DNA from: Vitrella brassicaformis CCMP3155
Lineage: Eukaryota > Protista > Chromerida
Assembly: GCA_001179505.1 (NCBI GenBank)
Contig: CDMY01000013.1
Coordinates: 124,001-188,000, forward strand
DNA length: 64,000 bases
Reading direction: 5' to 3'
The first letter of the stretch is position 1. The number at the start of each line of letters is the position of its first letter. The notes beneath the pieces were generated by a model that was not told where the DNA came from, did not search any database, and was given only the letters and a program-made list of their open reading frames with translations. Of this stretch, positions 1-13,400 are shown in pieces. The position numbers were made by a program, and so were the translations under genes.

Positions 1-3000
1 AGCGCTTCGAGGCCGAGGTGGCTTCGGTGCTGCAGAGCTTCGAGAAGGCCAAGGAATGGGCAGATCTCAGCAACTGCCTTCAAAAACTCCACAAAGTAAG
101 TACGCTCGGCCAAGCCGAGAGGAAAATGACTTGCCTCTTCCGCACAACCAAACCAGCACGTGTCGTGTGTGTGTGTGTCGTGTTCTGCTCTGCCTCGTGT
201 GCCGTGCGTGTGTCTTTGGGTATTCTATTTATTCTGTCTGCAGGCGTTCCAACGTCCCAGCAAGTTGACGGTGGTGCCGCTGAAAGAAGTCGTGTCAAAG
301 CGGCTGGCGCAGTGCCTCAACCCTGCGCTGCCCAGCGGCGTACACACCAAGACACTCGAGACCTACGCATGCATATTTGACCGAATTAAGGTAGGGAGCA
401 TAGCAGGGGAGGGAGGGAGGGAAGACGGCTCCTGGCAAGGGGGGCAAGCCGACCGTGTGTGTGTGTGTGTTGTGATGTGTCTGTCTGTCAGACCGACGGG
501 CTGTGTGCCGATTTGGCCATGTACAGCAGCGGCCTCTTCCCATTTTTTCAAAATGCAGCCACACACGTGAGTCACCCACCGATGGTGCCTGGCCTGGCTG
601 GTCTCGTGTGTGCGTCGGTGGAGTGCATCATATCTGCGCTGTGTGTGTGTGTGCACCCCTTCAGGTGAAGCCTTTGTTCCTTGACGTGTTGGAGCGGCAC
701 TACATCCCTCTGGGTCGGTGCAGTGCAGCACAGCACACTCACGCGCATCGCATACGCACCACGTGTGCTGTGCACTGCCATGAGCGCCAGTCAAATGCTG
801 GTCTGGTCTGTCTGTAGGTCACCGGCTGTTGCCCTGCCTGACGGGTCTGCTGGTGTGTCTGCTGCCCGGCGTGGAGGACGAAAAGACCGACTCGTACGAC
901 AGGTACGGTACGTAGCTGAGGCCATGGATGTACCCTCCCTTCCCTGGTGAGCAAGCAAATCTGGTGTGCTGTCCCTGCCCTGCGCCACCAGGGTGTTTTC
1001 GACGATATTGCGTATCGGTGAGTGTGTGGGCGAGGGCAACTTCATGTGTGCCCTGTGGCTGATCCTGCTGCGCACCTCGCGCACCCGGCTGCCGGCGCTG
1101 ACTGTGCTGTCGTCCAAGATGGCCCCCTCCCTGCCGGACATGGCCCCCGACCGCATCGACCTCCTGCTGCCTGAGCGGGGCGTGCTTGTGCTGCGCAGCT
1201 TCGAGACGGTGTTCGAGGACACCAACGTGCTGGTGAAGCGGTCGCTGCTCGACCTGCTCATCAAACACTTCCCCTTCTCGTCACACATATTCGCTTACGA
1301 CCAGAAGGTGCGGCTGTTGAGGAGTGCGCTCAAGCTCTTCACGCAGAGAGAGTGGTCGCTGACCAGGTGAGCGAGAGAGGTGTGTGATATCTGGTGTGGT
1401 GGATGCGATCAATGCCATTGCACTGCACGTCAGGATGTCATAATTAATGTGTGTATCTTAATATGTGTGGGCGGGCCGTCCCGTGCGTGTGTATGTGTGT
1501 TATGTGTGTTAGGCGTTTGATCCAGTGGTTGACGCACCAGACGGACTCAATGGACACGATCGACCTGTCCTACTTCAAGACACAAGTGCGGTCAGAGCTC
1601 TGCATGGCCATGAGGGAAGAACTCAGGTCTGTATACACCACCCCACGAACCCACACACAAAGCCATGCATTGCATACCGGGCGGGTACTACGGTCCACTC
1701 ACTCCACAGGTGTCAGCCCAAGACGGAGTCAGCGGCAGTGCTGCCATTGCACGTCTTGGAGATATTCCTAACAGAGGTGGAGGGGGTCAGCGGGGTCGTC
1801 ATGAGAGACCTTAACGTCGCCGTACTCGTATACACCAAACGGTAGGTACCGGGGGACGACAGACAGACAGCACAGCACGGGTGTGTACCAGTTATCCAAT
1901 GTGTGTGTGTGTGTGTGTGTGTGTCAGTGAGTCGTCGGGTGCGTCATGGAGCAAGGCCGTGTTGGAGGAGGCCCAGGCACTGTTCCACCCCCGCACCACA
2001 GACCCCATGTGGGTGTGGGAATCGCTCGATAAACTACTCCAGGTAGGTCAGCAGACAGACCTGCACACACACACACAACCATCCATCCATCCATCCATGT
2101 GTGTGGCGGCCTTTTGCTTTGTAGGATCAGCTGCACTCGGAGGAGCCCAAGAGCTGCATCGAGGCGTTGCATCTGAGCGCCCTGTACATGGACAAGGTCC
2201 TCACCGAAGCCGACCAGCCCACATACGACTGGAACCTCTTCAACCTACTCACTCGAGCCATCAAGTGAGTGCCATGCGATGCGATGCGATGCGATGCGAT
2301 TGACCTCAACGCACCCACCCAATCCACCAGCCACATAACATACATGTCTGTCTATGTCTTCCTCCCTCCCGTGTGTTGTGTTGTGTTGTGTTGTGTGTCG
2401 TGACAGGGCGTTGCGTCTGATATCCCCGTCGTACGAGCACCTGTCGCAGCTGTACGACACGCTGACCTTCTCCATGAACCTCCTCACCCGGCTGCAGCAC
2501 ATCCGCACCGCCCCCGTGGACCCCAACCACCCCGCCATCCCCACCATGCCCCCGTCGCTGGTCTCCCCGGGCGCTCTGTACGTCTCGCCGCCATCGGCTC
2601 TCGTGCAGGTCGAAAAGGAGTTCCTCGAGGGCATCGACAGGTACCTCACGTCGGTGGAGAGAGGCCCTCACCACAGCTGATGTGGTCTGTGCGTGAGGGA
2701 GGGAGGGAACTGTGTGCATGTTCGTTGGGTTTGTGTTACGTTTCGTTCAGCTTTCTGGAGTACTTCGAGGTCGTGGTGCGTGGTCTGCACGCCAGCCCGG
2801 CGCAGGCCACAGAGACCATTCTCCAGTCGTACGAGCTGCTCAGCAACCTACTGGTGTGACTGACTCACTCCCAGATACACACGACCAAGCAAGGGGACGT
2901 GGAACATACACATACATGGATGCGCTCTCTCTGCGGCTGGCCTGGTGCGGTGCCTCTCAGGTTGGCTTGTGCAAGGTCGAGAACTGCCTGGCGACACAGG

Positions 3001-6000
3001 CCCCGCGAGGTCAGACGCCATGGACAGAGCTGCCCAGATGGCTCATGGCCATACTTGCGTGCTGCCAGGTACGGAACGGATTGTGTGCCTGCCTGCCTGC
3101 CTGCTTGAGTGTCTTTGGGATGTGTGTGTGTGTGTGTGTTAGGTGTCTGAGGTGGCGATCTGCTGCCGTGCGATCCGTACGTTTGTGGATCTGCTGCAGG
3201 AGGGGCTCAGTGAGGTCCGCGTCAACTACATCATACTCGAAACCGCACACTGCGACGTAAGCCACACAGCCCCCCCCCAGCCACCCCACCTGAGACATAT
3301 AGCAACCAACCGCATACATGCCATGCCATGTACGTCACGCATGCCATGTCGGTGTGCGTTGCGTTTGTGTGTGGATGTCATCCATTCATCCATCCATCCA
3401 TCTCTGCCTCTCTTCTCTCTCTCAGGATGTGGTGTCCCACCTGTGGGAGTGTCTCGGCGAGGCCTTTGAGGGCTCCCACTCAGAGGTGGTCACGCTGCTG
3501 CTCGACCTCCACAGGCTCACCGAACCACTCAGACCGGTCTGTCAGTCAGTCAGTCCGCACCCGTGGACTCGTGGACAGACAGGACACACCGATAGATAGG
3601 ATACACCAACCATACCGTATCCATGCCAACAATCCGTCCGTTATGTGTGTGGTTTACGTTACGTTGTTGGCATGGCAGGATGTGGTGGGGAAGGTGCTGG
3701 CAGCGTCGCTGACGGACCCCTCGCCCGAGACGCGGCTGCACAGCGTCAACCGATACGCCACTCTGTGGAAGTACTCACACATACAGCAGCCAGAGCAAGA
3801 GGTGGGTATGAGCAGAAAAAACCACACCTCAACCTCACGCACAGCACAGGGGGATGGGATCGTCACGGCCGTGTGTGTGTGTTATGTGTGTGTGTTGTGT
3901 ATGCTGTCTGTCGTCAGGTGTTCCCTGCGGCCATGAAGCTGGTGTTGGACTGTCTGGACGCCACCGAGCCTGGACTCAGACACGCCAGCAGGTCGTGGGT
4001 GTCCCACGCGACGCACCACCTGCCCCATTTGTTGGACCCCCTGTTTGAGGAGCTGCTGGCCAAGGACACCGCCCGCACACAGCCGCCCGCCCGCACCTAC
4101 ATCGCACAGTACGACACAGCGCGCATCCTTTACGTATTCGAGAAACTCAGCGCCGTGCTCAGGTGAGGCGAGTCGTCTCGTCAGACACCATTGAAACACT
4201 CACAATAAGGGCACTGACTGCTCCTGTGTGGTGTGGTGTGGTGTGGTTCATGTATGTCAGGTCCGAGCAGCACCTGTTGCTAGAGCAGATGCACACCAAC
4301 TACGTGTCATACCACATCTTGTGGCACAACGCACATCAGACCGTCTGCCTCCCCGCCGACGCCTCCCCGTCTTCACAGCCCCCCAACAACCGACTCAGCC
4401 CATCCTTCGCCTCACAGGGGTCACTCCCACTCCTCGCTGAGGAGGGCGGGCCGTCAGCTACTGTCATGGTTCGAGGTGGGGGAGATAAGGGTGATGAGAT
4501 GGAGCTGCAGTGTGGCGAGCTGGCGGTTGTTGACTACGTCGATTTGTCTGTTGTGACGGCGCTGAGGTAGGGAGGTCAGCTCAGCGAGGGAGGAGGAAAG
4601 TGTATGTGATGTGATGTGCTGTGCGCATGGTTTGCTCTGCTGTCTGTGTGTGTGTGTGGTGCAGGTTTGTGCAGGGTGAGTGCGGCGAGGATGCGGACGA
4701 GACGTTTGTGCAGCAGAACGCCGCCATACGCGCCATGGCCACGGAGTTCCTCAAGAGCTTCCTCTCCTATGTGCAGGGACACCAGGCAATGGAGGTAGGT
4801 AGGTACCTACCTGACTGACCTGCACCAGATGACCCAATCCGATCCACCCACATCATATTGCCACCATATCAGCTACTGATGGTTGTGTGTGGTGTCTGTC
4901 TGTCTGTCTGTCATTCAGGTGTCGTGCATGATGGCTGAGCCTCTGTTGGAGATCCTGTCCAAGGTGATCCGCAGCCACAACACGGTGATGCAGGTGCAGC
5001 TGCTGGGATTGCTGCGCATCGTCATGAGCAAGTCACACGCACCCGGGCCCTCCACCCACGAGCTCGCCCAGCGCCTCGGCAAACGCGCTGACAACATCGA
5101 GAAGGAGGAGAGGGAAAAGGCCAAGGAAAAACCCAAGGAGCTCCCGCCACTACCCAGGCAAGGGAAGGGAAGCACACCTGACCTGCGCACCGCACACAGA
5201 GATAGAGAGAGATGGTCCTGCTCAGCTCACCATGCTTCCCACCCTCCCTGCCCTTCATTCATTCAGTGAGCTGTCAGAGCCGTCGACAACGTCCCAGCCC
5301 CCACACAAGCACAACCCCCCCTCCTACCCCGCCTCTACCCTCTCACCCCCCATCCACCAGCACCAACAGACCCCAGGCGGCCCCCCGTCTGCATCCAGCG
5401 CTTCAGCCACCTCAGGTCTGTCCCCCCCAACCAGTCCGGGCATCCCTGGCGCGTCGTCCTCCGCATTCGGTGGCGGTGGGAACGGCAACGGGAGTCTGGA
5501 CGAGCTGCGGGTCGGGAGGACCATCAGTGCCACAGCTGCCACGGAATTCGCTCTCCAGAGGGCAGAGAACATGGCCGCAAGGGTACGCTGGCTGTGATGC
5601 ATTGCATTCGTGAGACAGACAGACAAACAGTGGGGGTGTGTGGCTCATGTTCGGTGTGTGTGGGTGTGTGTCTATGTCGCATAGGGTGAGATGGGTGAAG
5701 GTTATGAGGGTGCAGAGGGATCGGGGAGGCTATCGCTGCCCCACCACGTGACGTCAGCACCAGGCGGCCGCAAGTCGAGGATTGGCGTGGCGCAGGACCT
5801 GCCGTCGCAGTCGGCCACACTGACGGCGTCGCTGAGGGCCAAGAAGGAGCAGCTGATGTCGGTCGGCCCTCTGGCGCGTTCGTCGATGGTGGTGCCGACA
5901 CTGCTCAAGGGGCTGTGGGTGGAGAGGGACCAGGCCGTCCATTCATCGCCATTGGGCCACTTTGTGGAGTTCGTCGTCTTCACCATCAGGTAGGTCGGGG

Positions 6001-9000
6001 CGGGTCGGTCGACACACCACACGGACACTCCACTCGGGCATCTCTCTGCATGTCTGTCTGTTCTGTGTAGGTACGTTCCTCCGAGCAGCTTCACGTCTGT
6101 CTGCACGGCCTTCATCCAGCCGCTGTGCGAACTCATCAGGAGGTAGGTACACTACACATCCACAGCACACAGCCAGTGCACTGACTGCACCTACTCAGCC
6201 CACAACCAACTACGCCACACACACACACACACCCGCGTGTGTGTGTGTGGTGTGTGGTCCGTGTCAGGTACACTCGCCGTGACAACATTGTGGCGGTGCT
6301 GCACTTCATGAGCGGCCTGCTCGGTGTGGTCGAGCACTTCATCGAGCACTGCGGCTCATCGGGCGCACAGCTCTTCGCCGGCACCGATAGCGAGCCATCC
6401 TCATTCACCCTTCTGGACCTTTTCACATGGGGCAGCGGCGAAACACAGGCCCACAAGGCCCTCAGCCAGCAGCCCCTCTCACCCGCCCTGCACAGCAGCG
6501 AGAAGGAGAGCCAGGAGAACACCGCCCGTGCGTTTGTCAAGCTGGTGCCGCTGCTCGTCATGTCGGCCGTGGAGGCCACCGGCACACCGGCCTTCAACCA
6601 GCTGGACAGGGAGAGGATGGGCGTCACGCCGCGGCCTGAGGGCGCTGTGGCCAGTGCTGCCCGCAGTGAGGACAACCCCGGGAATCTCGACACCAAGCGG
6701 AACCTGGAGGCCGTCCGCAAGCAAGTGGTCGACCTCGCCGACATGATCTTCGAACGGTAGGTATGCCCGGCCTGCAGGCAATCGAATTTCATCAAGGGAG
6801 GGAGGCGTGTGTGGGGTGGTGTGGGAGGGATCGATGGTACGGGGAGGGTATGTGTGATGGATGTGATGTTGTCTGTGTGTGCAGGTTCCCACGTGTGTTT
6901 CTGGAGGGGTGTCTACAAGTATGGCAGCTGACCCTGGCGAGCAACCGTGAGTCGTGCGCGCCGCTGCTGCGCATACTCAGGAGGATGGAGACAGCCACAC
7001 TCGAGTGAGCTTCCCAAGACAACTGACTCGACACCCCTACGTCTGTTTCCTTCTTGGTGTAGGGCGTTGGTGACGTCGTTGCATGACGTGATAGAGACGG
7101 TGCTGCGGCACGCGAGCAAGGGCGGGCCGGGCAGGAAGGATCCCCAGGCACTCACCGTACACACAGGTCCGATCCGGGGGCGAGGCGGGTTGGTAGGTGG
7201 GTAGCTTAGCTGGCACTGCACATACACACAAAAGGAGGGAGGGAGTGCACTCACCGCAGCGGTCCACCCACTCTGTCTGTCTGTGTGTCCGTCAGGCGGT
7301 CGTCTGAGCGAGAGCGTGATGTTCCACTTCGCCTACTGCATCATCCTCAAGTGTGGGAGGCCGCCACAGGAAGTCGACGTAAGCAAAGAAACAAACAAAC
7401 GGACGGACGGGAAACCCATAGTGCCTGTGCTTGTGTCTGTGGGTGTTGGTGTTGGTTCATTGTGTTCATTCAGGCGACTTGGTCTGTGGTCTTGCGGATC
7501 CTGAGTGTGTTGCTGTCGATGTCGCGGCAGCCCCTCAGCTACTTGTACCTGCTCTCCATCATCGAGTCACTCGACAGCCAACACCCCGCCAAGGACCACC
7601 TCCTCGTCACCAAAAAGGTCAAACAAAGGGCAATCAACACACACAACATAGATAGCATCCAGACACCACAACCATATGTACCTCCCTCATGTGCCTCATA
7701 TGTGTGTGTGGTTGTTGCCGTTGCTGCACTACAGGTCCGTAAGGACCTGACGGAGCTGATGAGCTCGTGTGTGTACATCGCCAGCCGGCAGTTCTACAGC
7801 AAGGTGACCAACGCCTCCCACCCGTCCACCTACGAGCTCACTCCCCCACTCCCCCCGAGTGTGGACGCCGTCGAGCGGTGCCTGCACCTGCGGACACGGC
7901 TGCCCAACACGCCACCGGGCATGCAGCCATCGCAGGACCCGGGCGACATTTCGGCGCTACAGGCGCTCGGCGCTATCACCATTTGCTGTGCAAGGGTGAG
8001 TGATGGGGTGGGTGGGAGCAATGGTGTGTGTATGGTATGGTGTGTGTATGGGTGTGGTGTGGTGTGGTGTGCAGATTGGTGCGATAAACCGTCGGACGGG
8101 CATCACGACCATCTTTCTCGCGGCGCTGTGCGAGACGCTGCCATCGTGGCTGCTCCCACTCCTGCACAACCACTCAACACAGGCATGCCATGCATGCGCA
8201 GCGCAGCGCACACACTCATGTCGACCGACGTCCTGGACTGGAGCTCCAGTCCGTGCAGTGCAACGCACACCGCTCTCTCTTTTGTGTATCTGTCTGTCAT
8301 ATCACCACACAGGGGTTGCATCACCGGTACCTGATCATGACGCTGCTGTCCTACCTGCCCTACTCGCTGTACCCGCCCTGTCTGCCCGCCATCAAGAAGA
8401 CCGTCTTGGACGTACTCGCCACCCCGACCTTCTTCCAGATGGACCGACGCACCCTCCGCTGCTGGACGGGCATACTGCAGCGGGTCGTGGCCGACGACTT
8501 CCAGAAGATCGATGGCTATGTCGCTTTCCCACATAGCGGGGTGGGTGAGAGGATCTCCCTTGTTTCAGTGCAGTGCACCATGTGTGTCTGGAGGGGATGG
8601 ATGTATTGTTGTGTGTTTAAATGGCATGTAGGTGTTCACGAGCCGTGAGGCGGACGTGCAGGCGCGCGCCCGTTGGCTCAAGAGGATATCGTTCATAGTC
8701 TACTCGTGCCCCACCGACACGTTCCAGATACAGCTGCCTTTCATCCTCGAGAGGCTGGTGGAGAACCTCCGCATGACCGGCGCAAACACGCTGCACGAAC
8801 AGGTGGGCGGGGCGGGGAGGCGGCTGGTTGCTCAAATGGATGGACCGACTCTATTGGCGTATGCGCGTGTGTGTGTGTGTGTNNNNNNNNNNNNNNNNNN
8901 NNNNNNNNNNNNNNNNNNNNNNNNNNNNNNNNNNNNNNNNNNNNNNNNNNNNNNNNNNNNNNNNNNNNNNNNNNNNNNNNNNNNNNNNNNNNNNNNNNNN

Positions 9001-10401
9001 NNNNNNNNNNNNNNNNNNNNNNNNNNNNNNNNNNNNNNNNNNNNNNNNNNNNNNNNNNNNNNNNNNNNNNNNNNNNNNNNNNNNNNNNNNNNNNNNNNNN
9101 NNNNNNNNNNNNNNNNNNNNNNNNNNNNNNNNNNNNNNNNNNNNNNNNNNNNNNNNNNNNNNNNNNNNNNNNNNNNNNNNNNGGAACGTCTGGTCTGCAG
9201 GTGTTTCTGTGTATGCGTGTGTTGCTGGTGAGCATCTCGCCGCACTTCCTGACGCCGGTCTGGCCGGTGCTGCTGACGGAGCTGATCAAGGTCCTCTCAC
9301 AGCCGCCAGCATCTCCCAAAGACGCCCCGCTCACACTGGCCGCACTCAAGGTCAGTCAGGGGGAAATGAGATAGATGAGAGAAGCAGGCAGCCGTCGTGG
9401 TGAAATCCATCCATCGCTGATTGGATTGCAGGTGGTGGATTTGGCGTCTTTGCTGGAGCTGCCTGAGTTCCATCTCCACCAGTGGATGTTCCTCAACGAC
9501 CTCGTCAGGTAGGCATGGCATGTCAGAGCGCAACGCACCCCTCCCCACCCCCCCCACTCTGTGCGTTTGCATGTGTGTGTGTGTGTCCTGCCTGACAGGA
9601 ACAACGTGCACAGCCCCGCGAGCGGTAGTGGTAGTGGGTCGGGCACCCGTGCGTCGCCCAGTGACGCATCGGACGCCGACGAGAACACCTCCGACTGGTT
9701 CAGACCCTTCTCTTCCCTCCTCATCGACACCTGCTCTACAAAAAAGGTACGAGCCTGTCCACTCCACTCCACAGCACTCCAACCATATGGCCACACATGG
9801 ATACATGCCTGTCTGCAGAGCCGTCCCCCACCCCCCTCAACCCCTCCCCCATCCGCGCAGGCGGCCTCCCCGGCTCACAGTCACCCTCACCCTCATCCCC
9901 CCGGCACGACCCACGGAGTGGACCTGTCTGAGCGGCTGCGTGTGCTCAAGAACCAGAAGATGGCATACGACGACCAGATGGGGGGCGAGGAGGAAATAGA
10001 GTCCACAAGGACGCCACTCATCACGGCCAGAGACGCTAAGGTACACACGTGGGGCGGGCGGGAATGCATGCCCTGCCTGCCTGAGCGGATCATGCATGTG
10101 TGTCTTGTGTTGTGTTGTGTTGTGTTGTGTTGTGTCGCGTCGTGTCGTGTCGTGTCGTGTGATGTCTGTCTGTGTGCGTCAGTCGTTGGACGTGGTGGCC
10201 GGTGCAGCGACGGCGCTGGACGACAATTCAGTGGTCAACACGATCTGCAAGCTCAAGATCGACACGGAGGCGCTGACCCGCTCGATAGAGGACGACTTCC
10301 TGGAGCTGCCGGACGTCTTTCTCGACTTTGGCAGCCCGCTGCAGCCAAGGCACCTCCTCGCACGCCTGTGGGACGACTACCGATCGGGGTTCGACATATG
10401 A
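1..10401 (+). CDS. DOP1: Dopey/DOP1 family Golgi-endosome trafficking protein; several dozen exons, 5' end outside the window, one gap inside an intron
   Basis: Exons 1-95 and 244-390 splice to FEAEVASVLQSFEKAKEWADLSNCLQKLHK-AFQRPSKLTVVPLKEVVSKRLAQCLNPALPSGVHTKTLETY, the Dopey_N signature (RLAQCLNPALPSGVH). C-terminal exons give FTSREADVQARARWLKRISFIVYSCPTDTFQIQLPFILERLVENLR, typical of the Dopey C-terminus. Last exon ends RLWDDYRSGFDI* at 10401. Confidence 0.9.
8883..9182. other. Assembly gap (300 N)
   Basis: N run following a (GT)n tract inside a Dopey intron. Confidence 0.99.
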
Positions 10402-10455
10402 CCAGCAGGGGCACACGGGTGGACCCGTGGGGGTGCTCATCTTGTCTCTCGCTGC

Positions 10456-13400
10456 CTACCTTCTTGCGTCTCTCTGGCTGTCTCTGTCTGTGTGGTGTGG
10501 AGGGAGGGAGAGACAACACTTGTGCGTGTGCTGTAAGGTAATCGACAGTGCCGTGAATGGGTTGTGCGTCTGCGTCTGCGTCTGCGTGTCCATGTCCGTG
10601 TGCGGATGGTTGTAGAGTTTTGCTCCGGGCTGCTTGTCTGCCTGAGCTAGCTTTTTGAGACGACGGCTGCGTGTTGTCTGTCTGTTGAGAGGAAGGTCCG
10701 TCGGTCGGTCATGCAGGTGGGGGGTACATGTAGATTGTAGCATAGGCAAGGCAAGGCAAGGCAAGGCGGCGAGCCAGGCAGTGCAAACTGAGATGGGATC
10801 CGATGTGATGCGATGCGACTCAATTTGACTCTGTCGACAGACCTGTTGGTGCGTTGACTGACATGCGTTGCGTCCGTTCATCTGTAAGCCATTGCGGGTA
10901 TACATATATGACATACATCATCCATCCACTCGTACAGGCGATGCTGTCTTTCTGTCTGTTGGTCGTTTCGTGTGTGTCTGTTGCCCCTGTCCTCGGCATC
11001 GCTGGCCTCAGCACAATAACGACAGGAAAAGAAAACACACACACACACGCACACACGGACGCGTCGAATCGAGCCGTACTCAGTCAGTGGATCGTGGCAA
11101 ACTTCCGATACACGGAGCGGCCGATCCACAGCCACCGTCATCATGAAGGCAGGCAGGCTGCTGCAGGAGGGTGAAACAAACAGGTAGATAGTAGGCAGAA
11201 AAATAGGCAGATTTCTCCTGGTCTTTCTTGCCGACTGACTAAGATAGCTATGTGTGGCCCACAACATACATGCACAGCCAATCCATCCATCCATCCCTTG
11301 GGTGAAAAGAAACAGAGAGACAACCCAACACCCAGGGAGGTATGTGCATATGAGGCAGGCAGGCAGGCAGGCAGAGACAGGCAAGGAGCCACACAGAATA
11401 TCGAATGATCATACGAGTGGCGGCGGCATGCCATGCCAGCTGGTTGGCGGTTAGAGCATGTTAGTGTGTGTGTGTGTGTTTGTGGATGTGCGTGTGCGTC
11501 GCCTAGTCTACATGGCAGCCGGCAGCCAGCGAAAAATGGCTTCACGTAAAAGGCTTGTTCGCTGTCTGTGCATGACATGACATGAATGCATCAACCTGTC
11601 TGTACCAACAAGGCAAGGCATACATAGCAATCCATCTCAGCCACTAAATACACAGACAGGCAGACAGGCAGGCAGACAGGCTGAGAGGCATCGAAGAAGA
11701 CGACCCACTGGACTGAGAGGACACGGACGTGCACGGATATAAACAACGACAGAGAGGGGTGGAGAGACAGACGGAGGGAGGGGGGCCAGCACAGCAGCAA
11801 AGGCAAACACGCTGGCCATACAGACACACAGGCAGACAGACGGACAGACAGACAGAAAGAGAAAGAGAAAGAGAGAGTCTGTGTTCGTGTGCTGTGAAGT
11901 GGCGTGGCGGTGTGCGTGTGCATGTGGAGCGCTATTCAGCATCTAGAAAGAGATAGACGACGACGCACGCCAGGCAGCCACACCACACAGAGAGGGGAAG
12001 ACAAAGAGGAGGGGCCGTGTCTGTCAGATGGGAGAAAAAGAATCGAGTGTGGACACAGAAAGTGCCGCACACACGAACACTTCCAAGGAGCGATAAGGGC
12101 GTGAAACGAACCAAGATGAAGAAATCCATCCATCCATCCGTCCATCCATTGACTAGGGCCACACTTGTTCTTTCATTGGTTGGCTGCACGAATGGCTGGC
12201 TGCACGAATGGATACACGCAAAACATGCCATCTATGAAACGAAAAGGGCGTGTGGTTAGGTTGGCTGTGTGACGGACCTGCCTAGTGCCTAACAGTAGGA
12301 GGCCAGGGACACAGCCAACTTACGTACACACACACTGTACACAGACACGTACAGTAACAACACGTAACTGCTTGGGTGGTTGCTTGGGGGGTGCCTCCAG
12401 ATCTGGAGAGAGAGGGGCACGACAGGAGAGAGGCAGAGCCATCCAGCCATCCATCCATGTCTGTCATGTCATGTCATGCCATGCCATCCACCACTAAAAG
12501 CAGCCAGCGCCGTCCGTCGAGAGAGCATGGCATGGCAGCGGCGCTCAGCCATCCCATCCGTGCACAGCACATAGACACACAGATATACATACATACAGGC
12601 AGTGTCGTCCGTTGTGATATACAATACGCTATCCTAGGCCGTCAACTGTCTTAAACTAGAGAGAGCGCGAGAGGAATCCGCCGGTGGGGACGGTGCGGCC
12701 AGCCAGACGGAGTCATCTCCCCCCTCTCTCCCCCTCTCTCCTCCTTTCTATGTGTGTGAGTGTGTGTGAGTGTGTGTGAGTGTGTGTGTTGGCCCTGTGG
12801 CTCGCTGCCGTGCGAGCCATGTGCTGCTCATCTAGACACCCAGACAGAAGGCAGACCGACAGACACACAACACCACCCTATACGTCCATCCATCCATCCA
12901 TTCATCCGATCGTCCAGGCTCGTCGTCAGTCAGGTCAGCAACAGACCACAAAAAATACCTTACTTACCCGTCCTCTCTGTACGAAGATGTGCACGAAACG
13001 AGGTTAGGTGAGGAGAGGCGAAAAAAGCCACACACCATAGATAGCATCACTCACTCCCACGCAATCAATCCAACACATCATCACATGCATGTGCAGTGCA
13101 TTCGACAGCCGCCCCGGGTCGCGGTGCCTCCGTGCCGTCTCCATCCATCCCTCAACTAGCTTTCCCCTCTGTGCCTCTCTCTCTCTCTCTCTCTCACTAA
13201 CCGCCCGCACTGTCTGTCTGTCTGTCTGCGGCCCACTATCGTCCGTCACCGAAACACGGCTTTCTGTGTCGGTTTGTCGCTCCCTGCCCTCCCGTCCCTG
13301 CGTGCGTGGCGAGCCCCCACAATGCACAGCAGCCTACCAAGCTTGAAGGAATGCACCTGCAGCCAGCTGTGGAGTGAGTGGGAAAGGAAGAGACACGCAG

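Noticed and set aside
8632-9403. ORFs spanning N runs (also at 14.3, 33.3, 36.3, 52.1 and 59.4 kb)
   Set aside because: Their length is an artefact of translating N as X.
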